Both the position numbers and the translations under genes were made by a program. A stretch of DNA of 64,000 bases, taken from the NCBI GenBank assembly GCA_035705495.1, contig DASSWB010000026.1, positions 13,206 to 77,205 on the forward strand, in the 5' to 3' direction. The stretch comes from Salinimicrobium sp. Its GTDB lineage: Bacteria > Bacteroidota > Bacteroidia > Flavobacteriales > Flavobacteriaceae. Numbering within the stretch: position 1 is the stretch's first letter; each line of letters opens with the position of its first letter. Positions 26,633 through 36,047 of the stretch are shown here, in pieces. The notes below the pieces were generated by a model. It searched no databases and had not been told where the DNA came from. It saw only the letters and a program-made list of their open reading frames with translations.

Positions 26633-27310
26633 ATGAAAACATTCTTCACATTATTAATGTTTATTGTTGGTTTAAACATGAATGCACAACAACAACATCC
26701 ACCTTTGGTTTCTGTCGTGGGCGAGGGAATTGTTGAGGTTGTCCCAGATCAAGTGATTCTTCAAGCGCGTGTAGAACACGAAGGATTGAACCCATCTGAA
26801 GTGAAAAGGAAAAATGACGAGGTATTAGATGCTATTTTTAAATTTTTAAAAAAAGAAGGAATTGATTCCAAAGACGTTCAAACCACCTATTTAAATCTGA
26901 ACAAAAACTACGATTACCAAACAAAAACATATTCATATTCCGCAAATCAGTCTATTTCAATTACAATTAGGGATATCAGTAAGTATGAAGCGATTGTAAC
27001 CGGACTTTTACAAAAAGGATTAAATCGAATTGATGGGATTACTTTTGATTCTTCTGAAATTGAAAAACACCAGCAAGAGGCTCGTAGGCTTGCTATTTTG
27101 GAAGCCAAGAAGAAAGCCGAACTCTATGCAAGCACTTTAAATCAAGAAATTGGTAAAGCCTATAGTATTAGCGAAACTCAAGATAATAATTTCCGACCTT
27201 ACGGACCTGAAATAATGAAAATGAGTGCAGATAGTAGCTCACAGCAAACAATTGCACCTGGAGAAATGAAAATTTCAATAAAGGTTCATGTATCTTTTTA
27301 TTTATATTGA
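26633..27310 (+). CDS. SIMPL (DUF541) domain periplasmic protein
   Basis: 225 aa. Signal peptide, and length and pattern typical of SIMPL/BP26-like proteins (...VVPDQVILQARVE... GEMKISIKV). Confidence 0.7.
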   Translation: MKTFFTLLMFIVGLNMNAQQQHPPLVSVVGEGIVEVVPDQVILQARVEHEGLNPSEVKRKNDEVLDAIFKFLKKEGIDSKDVQTTYLNLNKNYDYQTKTYSYSANQSISITIRDISKYEAIVTGLLQKGLNRIDGITFDSSEIEKHQQEARRLAILEAKKKAELYASTLNQEIGKAYSISETQDNNFRPYGPEIMKMSADSSSQQTIAPGEMKISIKVHVSFYLY

Positions 27311-27337
27311 TCCGAGCTTTGAATTTTATGAAATAAA

Positions 27338-27375
27338 AAAATGCCTTTCCGAAAAGAAAGGCATTTTCATTTTTA
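27338..27375. terminator. bidirectional intrinsic terminator (AAAATGCCTTTC-CGAAAA-GAAAGGCATTTT)
   Basis: 12-bp stem read directly, flanked by an A-run and a T-run, between the convergent SIMPL and TlpA-like genes. Confidence 0.75.
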
Positions 27376-27385
27376 AAGGATTTTC

Positions 27386-28522
27386 TTACTCCGCAGCTGG
27401 AACATCACCTAAAAGCTGTGCGATTTTTGCCTCTAAAGCATCTCCTCGTAAATCTTTCGCGACAATAATTCCATCTTCATTCAAAATAAAGGTAGCAGGG
27501 ATAGATCTCACTCCGTAAGTTTGAGCAATTGGTTCCTGCCAAAACTGTAAGTTGGAAACGTGGTGCCAAGTCAGTTTGTCTTCTTCAATTGCCCCAAGCC
27601 ATTTATCTTTTTGTGATGCTTTATCCAGTGAAACACCTATAATGTTCAATCCTTTATCATGGTATTTATTGTAGATTCTTACCACATTCGGATTTTCAAT
27701 TCTACAAGGTTTGCACCAAGAAGCCCAAAAATCGATGATGGTTACTTTTCCCATCGCTTCCTCCAAAGAAAATTGTTCGCCCGTTGGCGTAGGAGCGCTA
27801 AAATTTGGTGCTTTTCCTCCAATGTCCACAGCGCTCAAGCTTTCCAAATGTTTCCCCATCGCTTGACCTAAATGTGAACTTTTTACATTTTCAGAAAGTG
27901 AAGCGTAGATTTTTTTGAGTTCATCGGTAGAATATGCCTTTACATTCATTAAATCCCGTAACGCAATAATGGAAGCCAATTTGTCGGGATTAGCCTCTAT
28001 TAGTTTTCTTTTGTACAATTTGTCATTTTCGTTCACCTTTTCATTTGCTTTGAAAAGTATGTTTAACTGCGTTGAATCTTTCGTCATCGCCGCTTGTTGC
28101 ATTGCCATTTGGGCTTCCCGTGATCTTTTTTCCGATTCAGTCAAATGATTTATGTATTCAGAAAAAAGTTCATTTTCAGGACCCCCGGTTATTTTTGATG
28201 CTCGCAAACTGTCTTTGTAAATCTCGAAATTGATTTTTTCGTTTTCTGAAACAAACACTACATTTCCTTTAAGGTTTTGGAAAGTAAGAAAAGTTATTTC
28301 TGGATGTTCTACTTCGGGAAGATCAAGTTCAAATTTTCCGTTTTCAATTACAGCAGTATCAATGGTTTTTGGTTGATTGTTTTCATCAAGAACTTGTACG
28401 TAAATCTCTGAACCATCTTGAATTTCTTCAGAAGTACCGGAAATTACAAATCCTTCGTTCTCTTCTTTTTCACAAGATACGAGTAGAAAAGCACAACATA
28501 ATAGAGCAAATAAATGTTTCAT
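27386..28522 (-). CDS. TlpA/ResA-like thiol:disulfide oxidoreductase lipoprotein (DUF4369-like N-domain + thioredoxin fold)
   Basis: WASWCKPC active site. Lipobox LLVSC. I prefer ATG 28522 (MKHLFALLCCAF...) over the tracked start at 28543. Confidence 0.8.
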   Translation of the reverse strand: MKHLFALLCCAFLLVSCEKEENEGFVISGTSEEIQDGSEIYVQVLDENNQPKTIDTAVIENGKFELDLPEVEHPEITFLTFQNLKGNVVFVSENEKINFEIYKDSLRASKITGGPENELFSEYINHLTESEKRSREAQMAMQQAAMTKDSTQLNILFKANEKVNENDKLYKRKLIEANPDKLASIIALRDLMNVKAYSTDELKKIYASLSENVKSSHLGQAMGKHLESLSAVDIGGKAPNFSAPTPTGEQFSLEEAMGKVTIIDFWASWCKPCRIENPNVVRIYNKYHDKGLNIIGVSLDKASQKDKWLGAIEEDKLTWHHVSNLQFWQEPIAQTYGVRSIPATFILNEDGIIVAKDLRGDALEAKIAQLLGDVPAAE

Positions 28523-28655
28523 ATTGATATAATTTGGATACAAAAATACAGAACTGCTGTTATATAATAGTAGTAATGACCTAAATTATTGTTAATTCGA
28601 TTGGCTAATGGGTGTTCATTTTTTATAAATCTTAATTTTAGAGGAAATTTTATAT

Positions 28656-31019
28656 ATGAACCCTGAATTTTTACATTCTCCCTTGAAAATACTCATTAGT
28701 TTTCACAAAATTATTGAACAGTATGAGAAGGAGTTGGAACGTGAAAAAAATCCGATAGTTCAGGACTATATTGTCAGGGTGCTTCAGTATTTGAATGATT
28801 ATCCGCAGTTGGTCGATGGAATTACCAATTTTTCAGAATTAAAAAATTACAGAGATCCTATAAAATTACTTCTCAGTGATCTTTTTCCGCACGTTTTGAC
28901 AAACAATGAAATAAAAGCGGTTACTATTCCTTTTCAAGACAAGGTGTTTAACCTTTCCAATAAATTTAAAAATATTCTGGAAAACGCCGGAGAGGATTTT
29001 CATATGGAAATAAGAAATCTGGACGAAGATTCACGGTATATTTTTACCTGCATTCTTATCCTTAATGTCCATTATCAATACAACATTGATTTTTCACATC
29101 CGCTCTATTATGACATTCCCGATCAAAATGGGATCATGAAAAATTACAAAATCGATATCAATACTGATTTTATTGAAATTTTCCCTGCTGAAAACACCGA
29201 AAGCATACAAGATGCAGATGTCGATATTTTACTTCAAAATATTGATGATGTCACCTTATGGAAGGAGAAATTTCCATTGAATAGCTATGTTTTTAAAGGA
29301 ATTGCGATATTAAATTTAACCGATGTTACGGTGGGAGATGCGATTTCGGATTTGAAAACGGCATTACTTTCCCAACCAGTTTCAGAGGAAGATCAACTTT
29401 TTCATTTTCAGGAAATTTTCAGGTCCATTTATAAAATCTCAGATTTGGAAGTCGGTTTTACGCTTTATAATGAAGAAACGGCTTCATTTGAAAAATTGAG
29501 GAAGAAATCAAACAGTTTTATTTTAAACAAAAAAAATAAAGAAGAAGCAGTTGAGGCCATTTGCGATGATTCGTATAAATCCATTCTAGAAGATAAATTA
29601 ATTTTTTCCATTTCCAATGTAGATCGGTACGTGAGATCTACAGGTACTAATAAGTTGGCACAGAATCTTAAAGAAAGGGGAATTCAAAGCTGTTTACTCG
29701 CGCCAATCGCAAACCGGGACAATCTTTTGGGGATACTTGAATTGGTTTCCAAAAGAAAAAATGAACTGAACAGCATCAATGCAATAAAATTGGAGGGAAT
29801 TATTCCATATATGGTTACTGCGATCCAAAGAAATAAAACCGAATTTGAAAATAGGGTGAAAGCTGTCATCCAAAGTGAATGTACTTCAATACATCCAAGT
29901 GTTCTTTGGATTTTTGAAAAGGAGGCGAAAAAATTCATTCGGAATTTGGAAGAAGACGGACTCGCGTCTTTTAGGGACATTGCTTTTGAAGATGTATATC
30001 CACTTTACGGCCAGATTGATATCGTGGCTTCTTCCGAAGCAAGAAATGAAGCAATTCAGAAGGATCTACTCCATCAATTGCATCTTTTGAAAAATATTTT
30101 TGAGGAAGCATACCAACTGGAAGAACTTCCGGTTTACGAGCAAGTTCTTTTCAGGATCAAGGAATTTGAAGATGATTTGACGACCAGTCTAAATGCATCC
30201 AGTGAACAACAAGTTTATAAACTTCTGGAACAAGAAGTGCATCCCATCATGAAGCATATCAAAAAACACAATAAAGAATTGAAAGCTTCAATAAAGGAAT
30301 ATTATAAGTTAATCACGCCAAACTCAGGAATTATATATAACCATAGGAAGAATTATGATGAAAGTGTTCAAAAAGTAAATCGGGTTTTGGCGAGATACAT
30401 TGATGCCAAACAACTTGAAGCACAAGAAATATATCCGCATTACTTCGAAAGATATAAAACCGATGGTGTTGAACATAATATATACATGGGAGGTGCCCTT
30501 TCCAAGAAAGCCTTTAGCATGGTGTATTTGTTCAATCTTAGGATATGGCAATTGAAGACCATGTGCGAAATGGAGAACAGGTTTTATCAAATTCAGCAAA
30601 ACATGCCTTTGGTTCTGCCTGCTGCCTCCCTCATTTTGGTTTACGGCGGAACAGTTTCGATTCGATACAGAATGGATGAGAAAAAATTTGATGTTGACGG
30701 TACCTATAACGCACGTTATGAGATTATAAAAAAGAGAATTGACAAAGCTTATGTGAAAGGAACGGAAGAACGGGTGACCCAAAAAGGAAAAATATCCATT
30801 ATTTATTCCCAAAGCAATGATGAAAAGGAATATTTGAGATATGTAAAATACCTGCAAGCCAAAAATTATTTAGGAGAAAACGTTGAAATTGTAGAATTGG
30901 AAGATGTTCAAGGTGTAGTGGGCCTTAAAGCGATAAGGGCAGAGATTTTATATCATATAGACGAAACAAACCCGAATAAAGTGGTCCGTTTTGATGAGTT
31001 CATAAAAGATTTACATTAG
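28656..31019 (+). CDS. 787-aa GAF-domain protein with a large uncharacterised C-terminal region
   Basis: The central segment ...SCLLAPIANRDNLLGILELVSKRKNELNSINAIKLEGIIPYMVTAIQRN matches the C-terminal half of a GAF fold. The rest is unrecognised. Confidence 0.55.
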   Translation: MNPEFLHSPLKILISFHKIIEQYEKELEREKNPIVQDYIVRVLQYLNDYPQLVDGITNFSELKNYRDPIKLLLSDLFPHVLTNNEIKAVTIPFQDKVFNLSNKFKNILENAGEDFHMEIRNLDEDSRYIFTCILILNVHYQYNIDFSHPLYYDIPDQNGIMKNYKIDINTDFIEIFPAENTESIQDADVDILLQNIDDVTLWKEKFPLNSYVFKGIAILNLTDVTVGDAISDLKTALLSQPVSEEDQLFHFQEIFRSIYKISDLEVGFTLYNEETASFEKLRKKSNSFILNKKNKEEAVEAICDDSYKSILEDKLIFSISNVDRYVRSTGTNKLAQNLKERGIQSCLLAPIANRDNLLGILELVSKRKNELNSINAIKLEGIIPYMVTAIQRNKTEFENRVKAVIQSECTSIHPSVLWIFEKEAKKFIRNLEEDGLASFRDIAFEDVYPLYGQIDIVASSEARNEAIQKDLLHQLHLLKNIFEEAYQLEELPVYEQVLFRIKEFEDDLTTSLNASSEQQVYKLLEQEVHPIMKHIKKHNKELKASIKEYYKLITPNSGIIYNHRKNYDESVQKVNRVLARYIDAKQLEAQEIYPHYFERYKTDGVEHNIYMGGALSKKAFSMVYLFNLRIWQLKTMCEMENRFYQIQQNMPLVLPAASLILVYGGTVSIRYRMDEKKFDVDGTYNARYEIIKKRIDKAYVKGTEERVTQKGKISIIYSQSNDEKEYLRYVKYLQAKNYLGENVEIVELEDVQGVVGLKAIRAEILYHIDETNPNKVVRFDEFIKDLH

Positions 31020-32195
31020 GAAATAGGCAATCCCAAAACTGGTAACGCTTAATATTATTCCTATCATGAAAGTTGTGTAGGTAATTCTAAGTAGTTTGTA
31101 TTTTCTGTTAAGAACGACGCCCAAATAATACAAATCTTTTGTAAGGGAATTATACACATATTGTTTGTCATTTATAATTTCATTCATCGCCCATTCGTAT
31201 TGTTCATAAGGCATTTTGTGAAAGTTTCCGAAGAAAAGAATATTCACATCCCTATTTTTGACCTGTTCTTTTGTGAATTCACCTGAGGTCACATTGGGTC
31301 GGGTGGACATAATGGAGAGAATAATGGAAGCCACACTAAACAGAATCAAAATAATTGACGGCACCAAGATATATTTGTTTGTCATCGTCTCTAGTTGCGG
31401 GATAATATTTGCCATTGCCAGAGAAATAATAATCGCGTTTACGGATAGTAAAATATTGGCTTTGGTATCAGCAATATCACTGAGTTTTAAATGATTCCGC
31501 ATGGTCACCCTATACATGGTTTGGATGCTTCTCTCGGGATTGTCGTTTTTATATTTCGCTTTTAATTTCGCTTTAATTTTTTCTTCCGTGTACTTCTTTT
31601 TCTTTTTGTTTTTCTTTTCGAGCAAACTAAAAAGATTTTCTTCCTTGGTTGCCCTCCAATTTTGTATTGCGTAATGCGTATAGAACTTATGCTCGTGTGT
31701 CAGGAATTTAATGTTTTCTTCAACCCATTCAATAGGGTCATAACTTTTAATATGGTTCAACTTGAGTTCTTGCCGCAGCAATTCACTTGTTTTTTCAAAG
31801 TGTTCTTTGGCAAAATGGGAGGAATCGGCATCTTTTAATATTTTCTGAAGCTCTGTTTTGGGCTCAACACCCATTTTGGTGGCTTTAATACATGAAATTA
31901 CTTCATCTATTATTTCTTGTGCTACATTTTCTTCTTTTAAAAAAGTGGTGGCAATTTTTATACTTTCTTCTTCGTGTCCTTTGTAAGTGTGGATATATCC
32001 AACGTCGTGAAACCAAGCAGCCAGTAAGACGGTCTCTTCTTGTTTAACATTAATTTGAGATTTTTCAATTATTTCTTTAGTACTTTTAATTACACGTTTA
32101 GTGTGTTTATGGTTGTGATAAAGAAAGGTTGAAGGCAATTTCTCATTAAATAATTGCTCAACAAATTGTTCGACTTTTTCTAATAATACAGACAT
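31011..32195 (-). CDS. HD-domain phosphohydrolase fused to a DUF5706/PycTM-like (Pycsar-effector-like) membrane module
   Basis: N-terminus has HNHKHTKRV...AAWFHDVGY (the H...HD motif), then a K-rich linker. The C-terminal half has LSDIADTKANILLSVNAIIISL plus two or more additional TM segments. ATG 32195 is preferred over the tracked TTG 32216. The 3' end overlaps the GAF gene by 9 nt. Confidence 0.55.
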   Translation of the reverse strand: MSVLLEKVEQFVEQLFNEKLPSTFLYHNHKHTKRVIKSTKEIIEKSQINVKQEETVLLAAWFHDVGYIHTYKGHEEESIKIATTFLKEENVAQEIIDEVISCIKATKMGVEPKTELQKILKDADSSHFAKEHFEKTSELLRQELKLNHIKSYDPIEWVEENIKFLTHEHKFYTHYAIQNWRATKEENLFSLLEKKNKKKKKYTEEKIKAKLKAKYKNDNPERSIQTMYRVTMRNHLKLSDIADTKANILLSVNAIIISLAMANIIPQLETMTNKYILVPSIILILFSVASIILSIMSTRPNVTSGEFTKEQVKNRDVNILFFGNFHKMPYEQYEWAMNEIINDKQYVYNSLTKDLYYLGVVLNRKYKLLRITYTTFMIGIILSVTSFGIAYFLM

Positions 32196-32246
32196 TAAAA
32201 TTGAAGTTTCTGCCAAATTACGAAAATTTCATTCCAAATATTTTTT

Positions 32247-35200
32247 ATGAAAAAAAATAACATATTTCTAACAGTCCTGGTTTTATTGCTGTCTGTTGGA
32301 TGTGCTGTAAAAGGACCAAAATATGCCAAAGACGAAAAGACTGCGGATTTTGGCTATCCAAAAAATAAAGAAATTGAAAAGACATTTTACCTTCTAGGTG
32401 ATGGAGGAAATTCGTCACCAGAGAATCTTTCCCCGGGAATGCGAGCTTTTAAAACCGTCTTGGATACCGCTGAAACCGAAGGAGACGTTGTAATGTTTTT
32501 GGGCGACAATATTTACCCGGCTGGAATGCCACCCCCAGAACATCCAAACAGAAAACACGCAGAGATTAAAATGAAAGGTCAGTTGTCATCGCTGTCAGGA
32601 TTCGATGGTAAAGTGATGTTTATTCCCGGAAACCATGATTGGTACATTAATGGGATAAAAGGTTTGGAAGACCAAAAGGAATTTATTGAGGAGAATTACG
32701 ACGGAGATTTCTATTGGGCCCCACCCATCGGAACTGGTTTGGAGGTTTTGGATATTTCCGATGATATCCAAATGATCGTCATCGATTCCCAATGGTACTT
32801 GGAAGATTGGAACGAACATCCTTTAGTAAACGAAAATGCTGAAGAAATTAAGACAAGGGCCGACTTTTTTTTGGAAATCGAATCCGAATTAAAAAAAGGA
32901 CAAAATAAAACCGTGATTTTTGCATTGCACCATCCGTTGCTCACAAATGGACTCCACGGAGGGGAATATAGCTTTCACAACCATATTTATCCCACACAAA
33001 GTGTCATCCCGCTTCCCATTCTTGGTTCTTTGGCAATGTTGATTAGAACGAGTGGCGGTGTATCCATTCAAGATGCGCAAAATGAGCAGTACAAATCTTT
33101 GGTCAACAGATTAATTACTTTGGCAGAAGGTTCCGAGCGTGTGATATTTGTTTCAGGACATGAACACAATCTTCAATATTTAATCAATGATGTAGGTATT
33201 AAACAAATTGTTTCGGGTTCGGGTTCAAAATCTTCTTATGTAAGTGTTGGTATGAATGGCTTGTTTGCTTATGAAGGTGAAGGTTTTGCTGTTTATGATG
33301 TTTTTAAAGACGGATCTTCTTGGGTCAGTTTTTATGGAAATGAAAATGGCGTTCCCAAATTGTATTATCAGAAAGAAGTTTTTAAAGCTCCAGAAGAATT
33401 CGACGTTTCCATTCTTCCGGATGAATTCCCTACGACCATAGAAGCTTCTGTGTACGAGCCTGATAAAACTGAAAAAAGTGATGTTTACGAAAGTATTTGG
33501 GGAGACCGGTATCGGGCATTATACGGAACACCTGTAGAAGTGAAAGTGGCAGAGCTCGATACGCTATATGGAGGTTTGGAAGTAATAAGAAAAGGAGGCG
33601 GCCACCAAACTCGAACACTTCGATTAAAGGATAGCTTGGACCGGGAATATAATATGCGGGCCATTGAGAAAAGTGCTGTTCAGTTTTTACAAACCGTGGC
33701 CTATAAAAATGAACCGATTGCTGAAAGGTTTAAAAACACGCTGGCAGAAGATATTATTTTCGATTTTTATACCTCCGCGCATCCTTATGGTTTTATGACA
33801 ATTCCTACCTTGTCTGAAGCCGCAGGGATTTTTCACACAAATCCAGATCTTTTTTACATTCCGAAGCAAAAAGCATTGGGAAAATACAATGAAGAATATG
33901 GTGGTGAACTTTACATGATTGAAGAACGTCCCGAAGAAAATTGGGTCGGAACTGAAGGCATTTTTGGTAATCCAAATCACGATATTGAAAGTACCGCAGG
34001 TTTATACGCTCGATTAAGAAGGGACGAAAAATATAAATTGGATGAAGATGCTTACATAAGAGCGAGATTATTTGATATGTTGGTAGGTGACTGGGACCGA
34101 CACGAAGATCAATGGAGATGGCACGAAAGTGAGGACGAAGAAGGAAATCGAAGAATGTTGCCCATCCCAAGGGATCGGGATCAGGTTTATTCCAATTTCG
34201 ATGGTGCATTTTTGGGAACTTTACGAGGTTTGTTTGGTATGGCGAAGCAATTCGTGACTTATTCCGAAGACATTGAAAATATAAAATGGTTCAATAGAGC
34301 TGCCTTGGGAATGGACAGATCGCTCATCCAGAACAAAGGAAGGGAATCTTGGATCAGGGAAGCAAAATATCTTCAAGAGCATATTACCGACGAAGTTATA
34401 GAAGAAGCATTTTCACATCTACCTAAAGAAACACAAGGTAAATCTGCCAAAGAAATCATTCGAAAATTAAAAGGAAGAAGGGGAAATCTCGTTTCCATTG
34501 CAGAAAGATATTACGATTACTTGGCCGAACTTTCCATTATTACCGGAACAGATAAAGATGATTACATTGAGGTAAAACGTTTGGATGATGGGAAAACGGA
34601 AGTAATTGTAAGAAGATTAAAAGGTGGAAATAAAGCTGATTTGATCAGTCAAAAAATTTATAATGCAGATGAAACCAAGGAATTATGGATTTATGGTTTA
34701 GCAGATGATGACATATTCGAAGTGAACGGCACTGGTTCAGATCCGATTAAGGTAAGAATTATTGGTGGGCAGAATAATGACGTTTACAGAATAAAAACAG
34801 GTCACAACGTAAAAGTTTATGATCATGCAACAAAACCCAATACAATTGAACAATGGGGAGAAGCAAAATTCAGGTTTGCCGATGATTATGAAGTCAATGT
34901 TTATAACAAGGACAAAAATATCCTTTCAAACTCCGCATTGATACCGGCATTTGGATATAATCCTGACGACGGATTTAAACTGGGCATAAGAAGTATTCGT
35001 ACGCTCAATGGGTTTAAACGTAACCCTTTTACTGCGCAACATCGGTTTGGTTTGGGGTATTTTTTTGGTACCAAAGGATTTTATCTTAATTATGAATCTG
35101 AATTCGCACACATTGTCGGAAATTATAATTTATTGGTGGGAGCAAATTATACGGATCCAAATTACGGTAGCAACTTTTTTGGAATTGGAAATGAAACCTA

Positions 35201-35963
35201 CAATCCTGAAGATGAATTGGGAAAAGATTACAATCGAACAAGAATTTCTACGATCGGTGTGCAGGCAGGATTACAGCGTCAGAGCGTTTATGGTAGTTTC
35301 TTTAGGTATTTGGCAACATTTGAAGGGATTAAAGTTGAAGAAACCCCAGGCCGATTTATAGATCAATTCGCCAACGATGCTCTTTTTGAAAGAAAATATT
35401 TTGCAGGTTTGGAAGGAACTTTTAGGTATGAGAGTTATGACGATATCTTGAACCCAACCAACGGATTGTATTTTGATGCAACGGCAGGAACAAAATTAAA
35501 TACTTCAAACACTGATAATGCGTATGGGTACATTAATTCTGCTTTCGAAATTTATAATGCCCTAATCCGAAATCGAAAATTGGTTTTGAAAACACATCTC
35601 AACGGACAATTTTTAATTGGAAAAGGTTATGAATTCTACCAAGCCGCAGTTTTGGGCGGGGAAACAGGATTGAGAGGATATAGATCAGAAAGATTTGCGG
35701 GTCAATCTGCATTTGCGGCTGGAGGTGATTTAAGATATAGTTTCGATAAATTCAGAACTAAATTTTTGCCTTTTCAAATCGGAGTATTTGCCGGATATGA
35801 TATTGGACGTGTTTGGATTGATGATGGAGATAGTGAGAAATGGCACGACAGTTATGGTGGAGGTTTTTGGGTAAACGGGGCAAGCGCGATCAACGGCACC
35901 TTCAGCTTGTTTCGTGGAAGTGAAGGTTGGCGATTTTCTTTCGGATTCGGGTTTAAATTCTAA
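32247..35963 (+). CDS. calcineurin-like metallophosphoesterase fused to an Omp85/surface-antigen-type C-terminal beta-barrel
   Basis: 1238 aa. Lipobox LLSVGC. GDGGN...GDNIY...GNHDW...HHP...GHEH phosphoesterase motifs. C-terminus has GLRGY..., alternating beta pattern and a terminal F. Confidence 0.7.
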   Translation: MKKNNIFLTVLVLLLSVGCAVKGPKYAKDEKTADFGYPKNKEIEKTFYLLGDGGNSSPENLSPGMRAFKTVLDTAETEGDVVMFLGDNIYPAGMPPPEHPNRKHAEIKMKGQLSSLSGFDGKVMFIPGNHDWYINGIKGLEDQKEFIEENYDGDFYWAPPIGTGLEVLDISDDIQMIVIDSQWYLEDWNEHPLVNENAEEIKTRADFFLEIESELKKGQNKTVIFALHHPLLTNGLHGGEYSFHNHIYPTQSVIPLPILGSLAMLIRTSGGVSIQDAQNEQYKSLVNRLITLAEGSERVIFVSGHEHNLQYLINDVGIKQIVSGSGSKSSYVSVGMNGLFAYEGEGFAVYDVFKDGSSWVSFYGNENGVPKLYYQKEVFKAPEEFDVSILPDEFPTTIEASVYEPDKTEKSDVYESIWGDRYRALYGTPVEVKVAELDTLYGGLEVIRKGGGHQTRTLRLKDSLDREYNMRAIEKSAVQFLQTVAYKNEPIAERFKNTLAEDIIFDFYTSAHPYGFMTIPTLSEAAGIFHTNPDLFYIPKQKALGKYNEEYGGELYMIEERPEENWVGTEGIFGNPNHDIESTAGLYARLRRDEKYKLDEDAYIRARLFDMLVGDWDRHEDQWRWHESEDEEGNRRMLPIPRDRDQVYSNFDGAFLGTLRGLFGMAKQFVTYSEDIENIKWFNRAALGMDRSLIQNKGRESWIREAKYLQEHITDEVIEEAFSHLPKETQGKSAKEIIRKLKGRRGNLVSIAERYYDYLAELSIITGTDKDDYIEVKRLDDGKTEVIVRRLKGGNKADLISQKIYNADETKELWIYGLADDDIFEVNGTGSDPIKVRIIGGQNNDVYRIKTGHNVKVYDHATKPNTIEQWGEAKFRFADDYEVNVYNKDKNILSNSALIPAFGYNPDDGFKLGIRSIRTLNGFKRNPFTAQHRFGLGYFFGTKGFYLNYESEFAHIVGNYNLLVGANYTDPNYGSNFFGIGNETYNPEDELGKDYNRTRISTIGVQAGLQRQSVYGSFFRYLATFEGIKVEETPGRFIDQFANDALFERKYFAGLEGTFRYESYDDILNPTNGLYFDATAGTKLNTSNTDNAYGYINSAFEIYNALIRNRKLVLKTHLNGQFLIGKGYEFYQAAVLGGETGLRGYRSERFAGQSAFAAGGDLRYSFDKFRTKFLPFQIGVFAGYDIGRVWIDDGDSEKWHDSYGGGFWVNGASAINGTFSLFRGSEGWRFSFGFGFKF

Positions 35964-36047
35964 AGTTTATTTCTTCGAAAAAGAGGGTTTAACTTAAGAT
36001 TTTTCAATTTGAAAAATTCGAATTTTTGTGCAAATTCAACTATTGGA

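Noticed and set aside
28656-32216. A canonical Pycsar (cyclase + effector) antiphage system.
   Set aside because: No pyrimidine or adenylate cyclase-like gene is adjacent. The effector-like module is fused to an HD domain and faces its neighbour convergently. It is reported only as an unusual pair, not as Pycsar.
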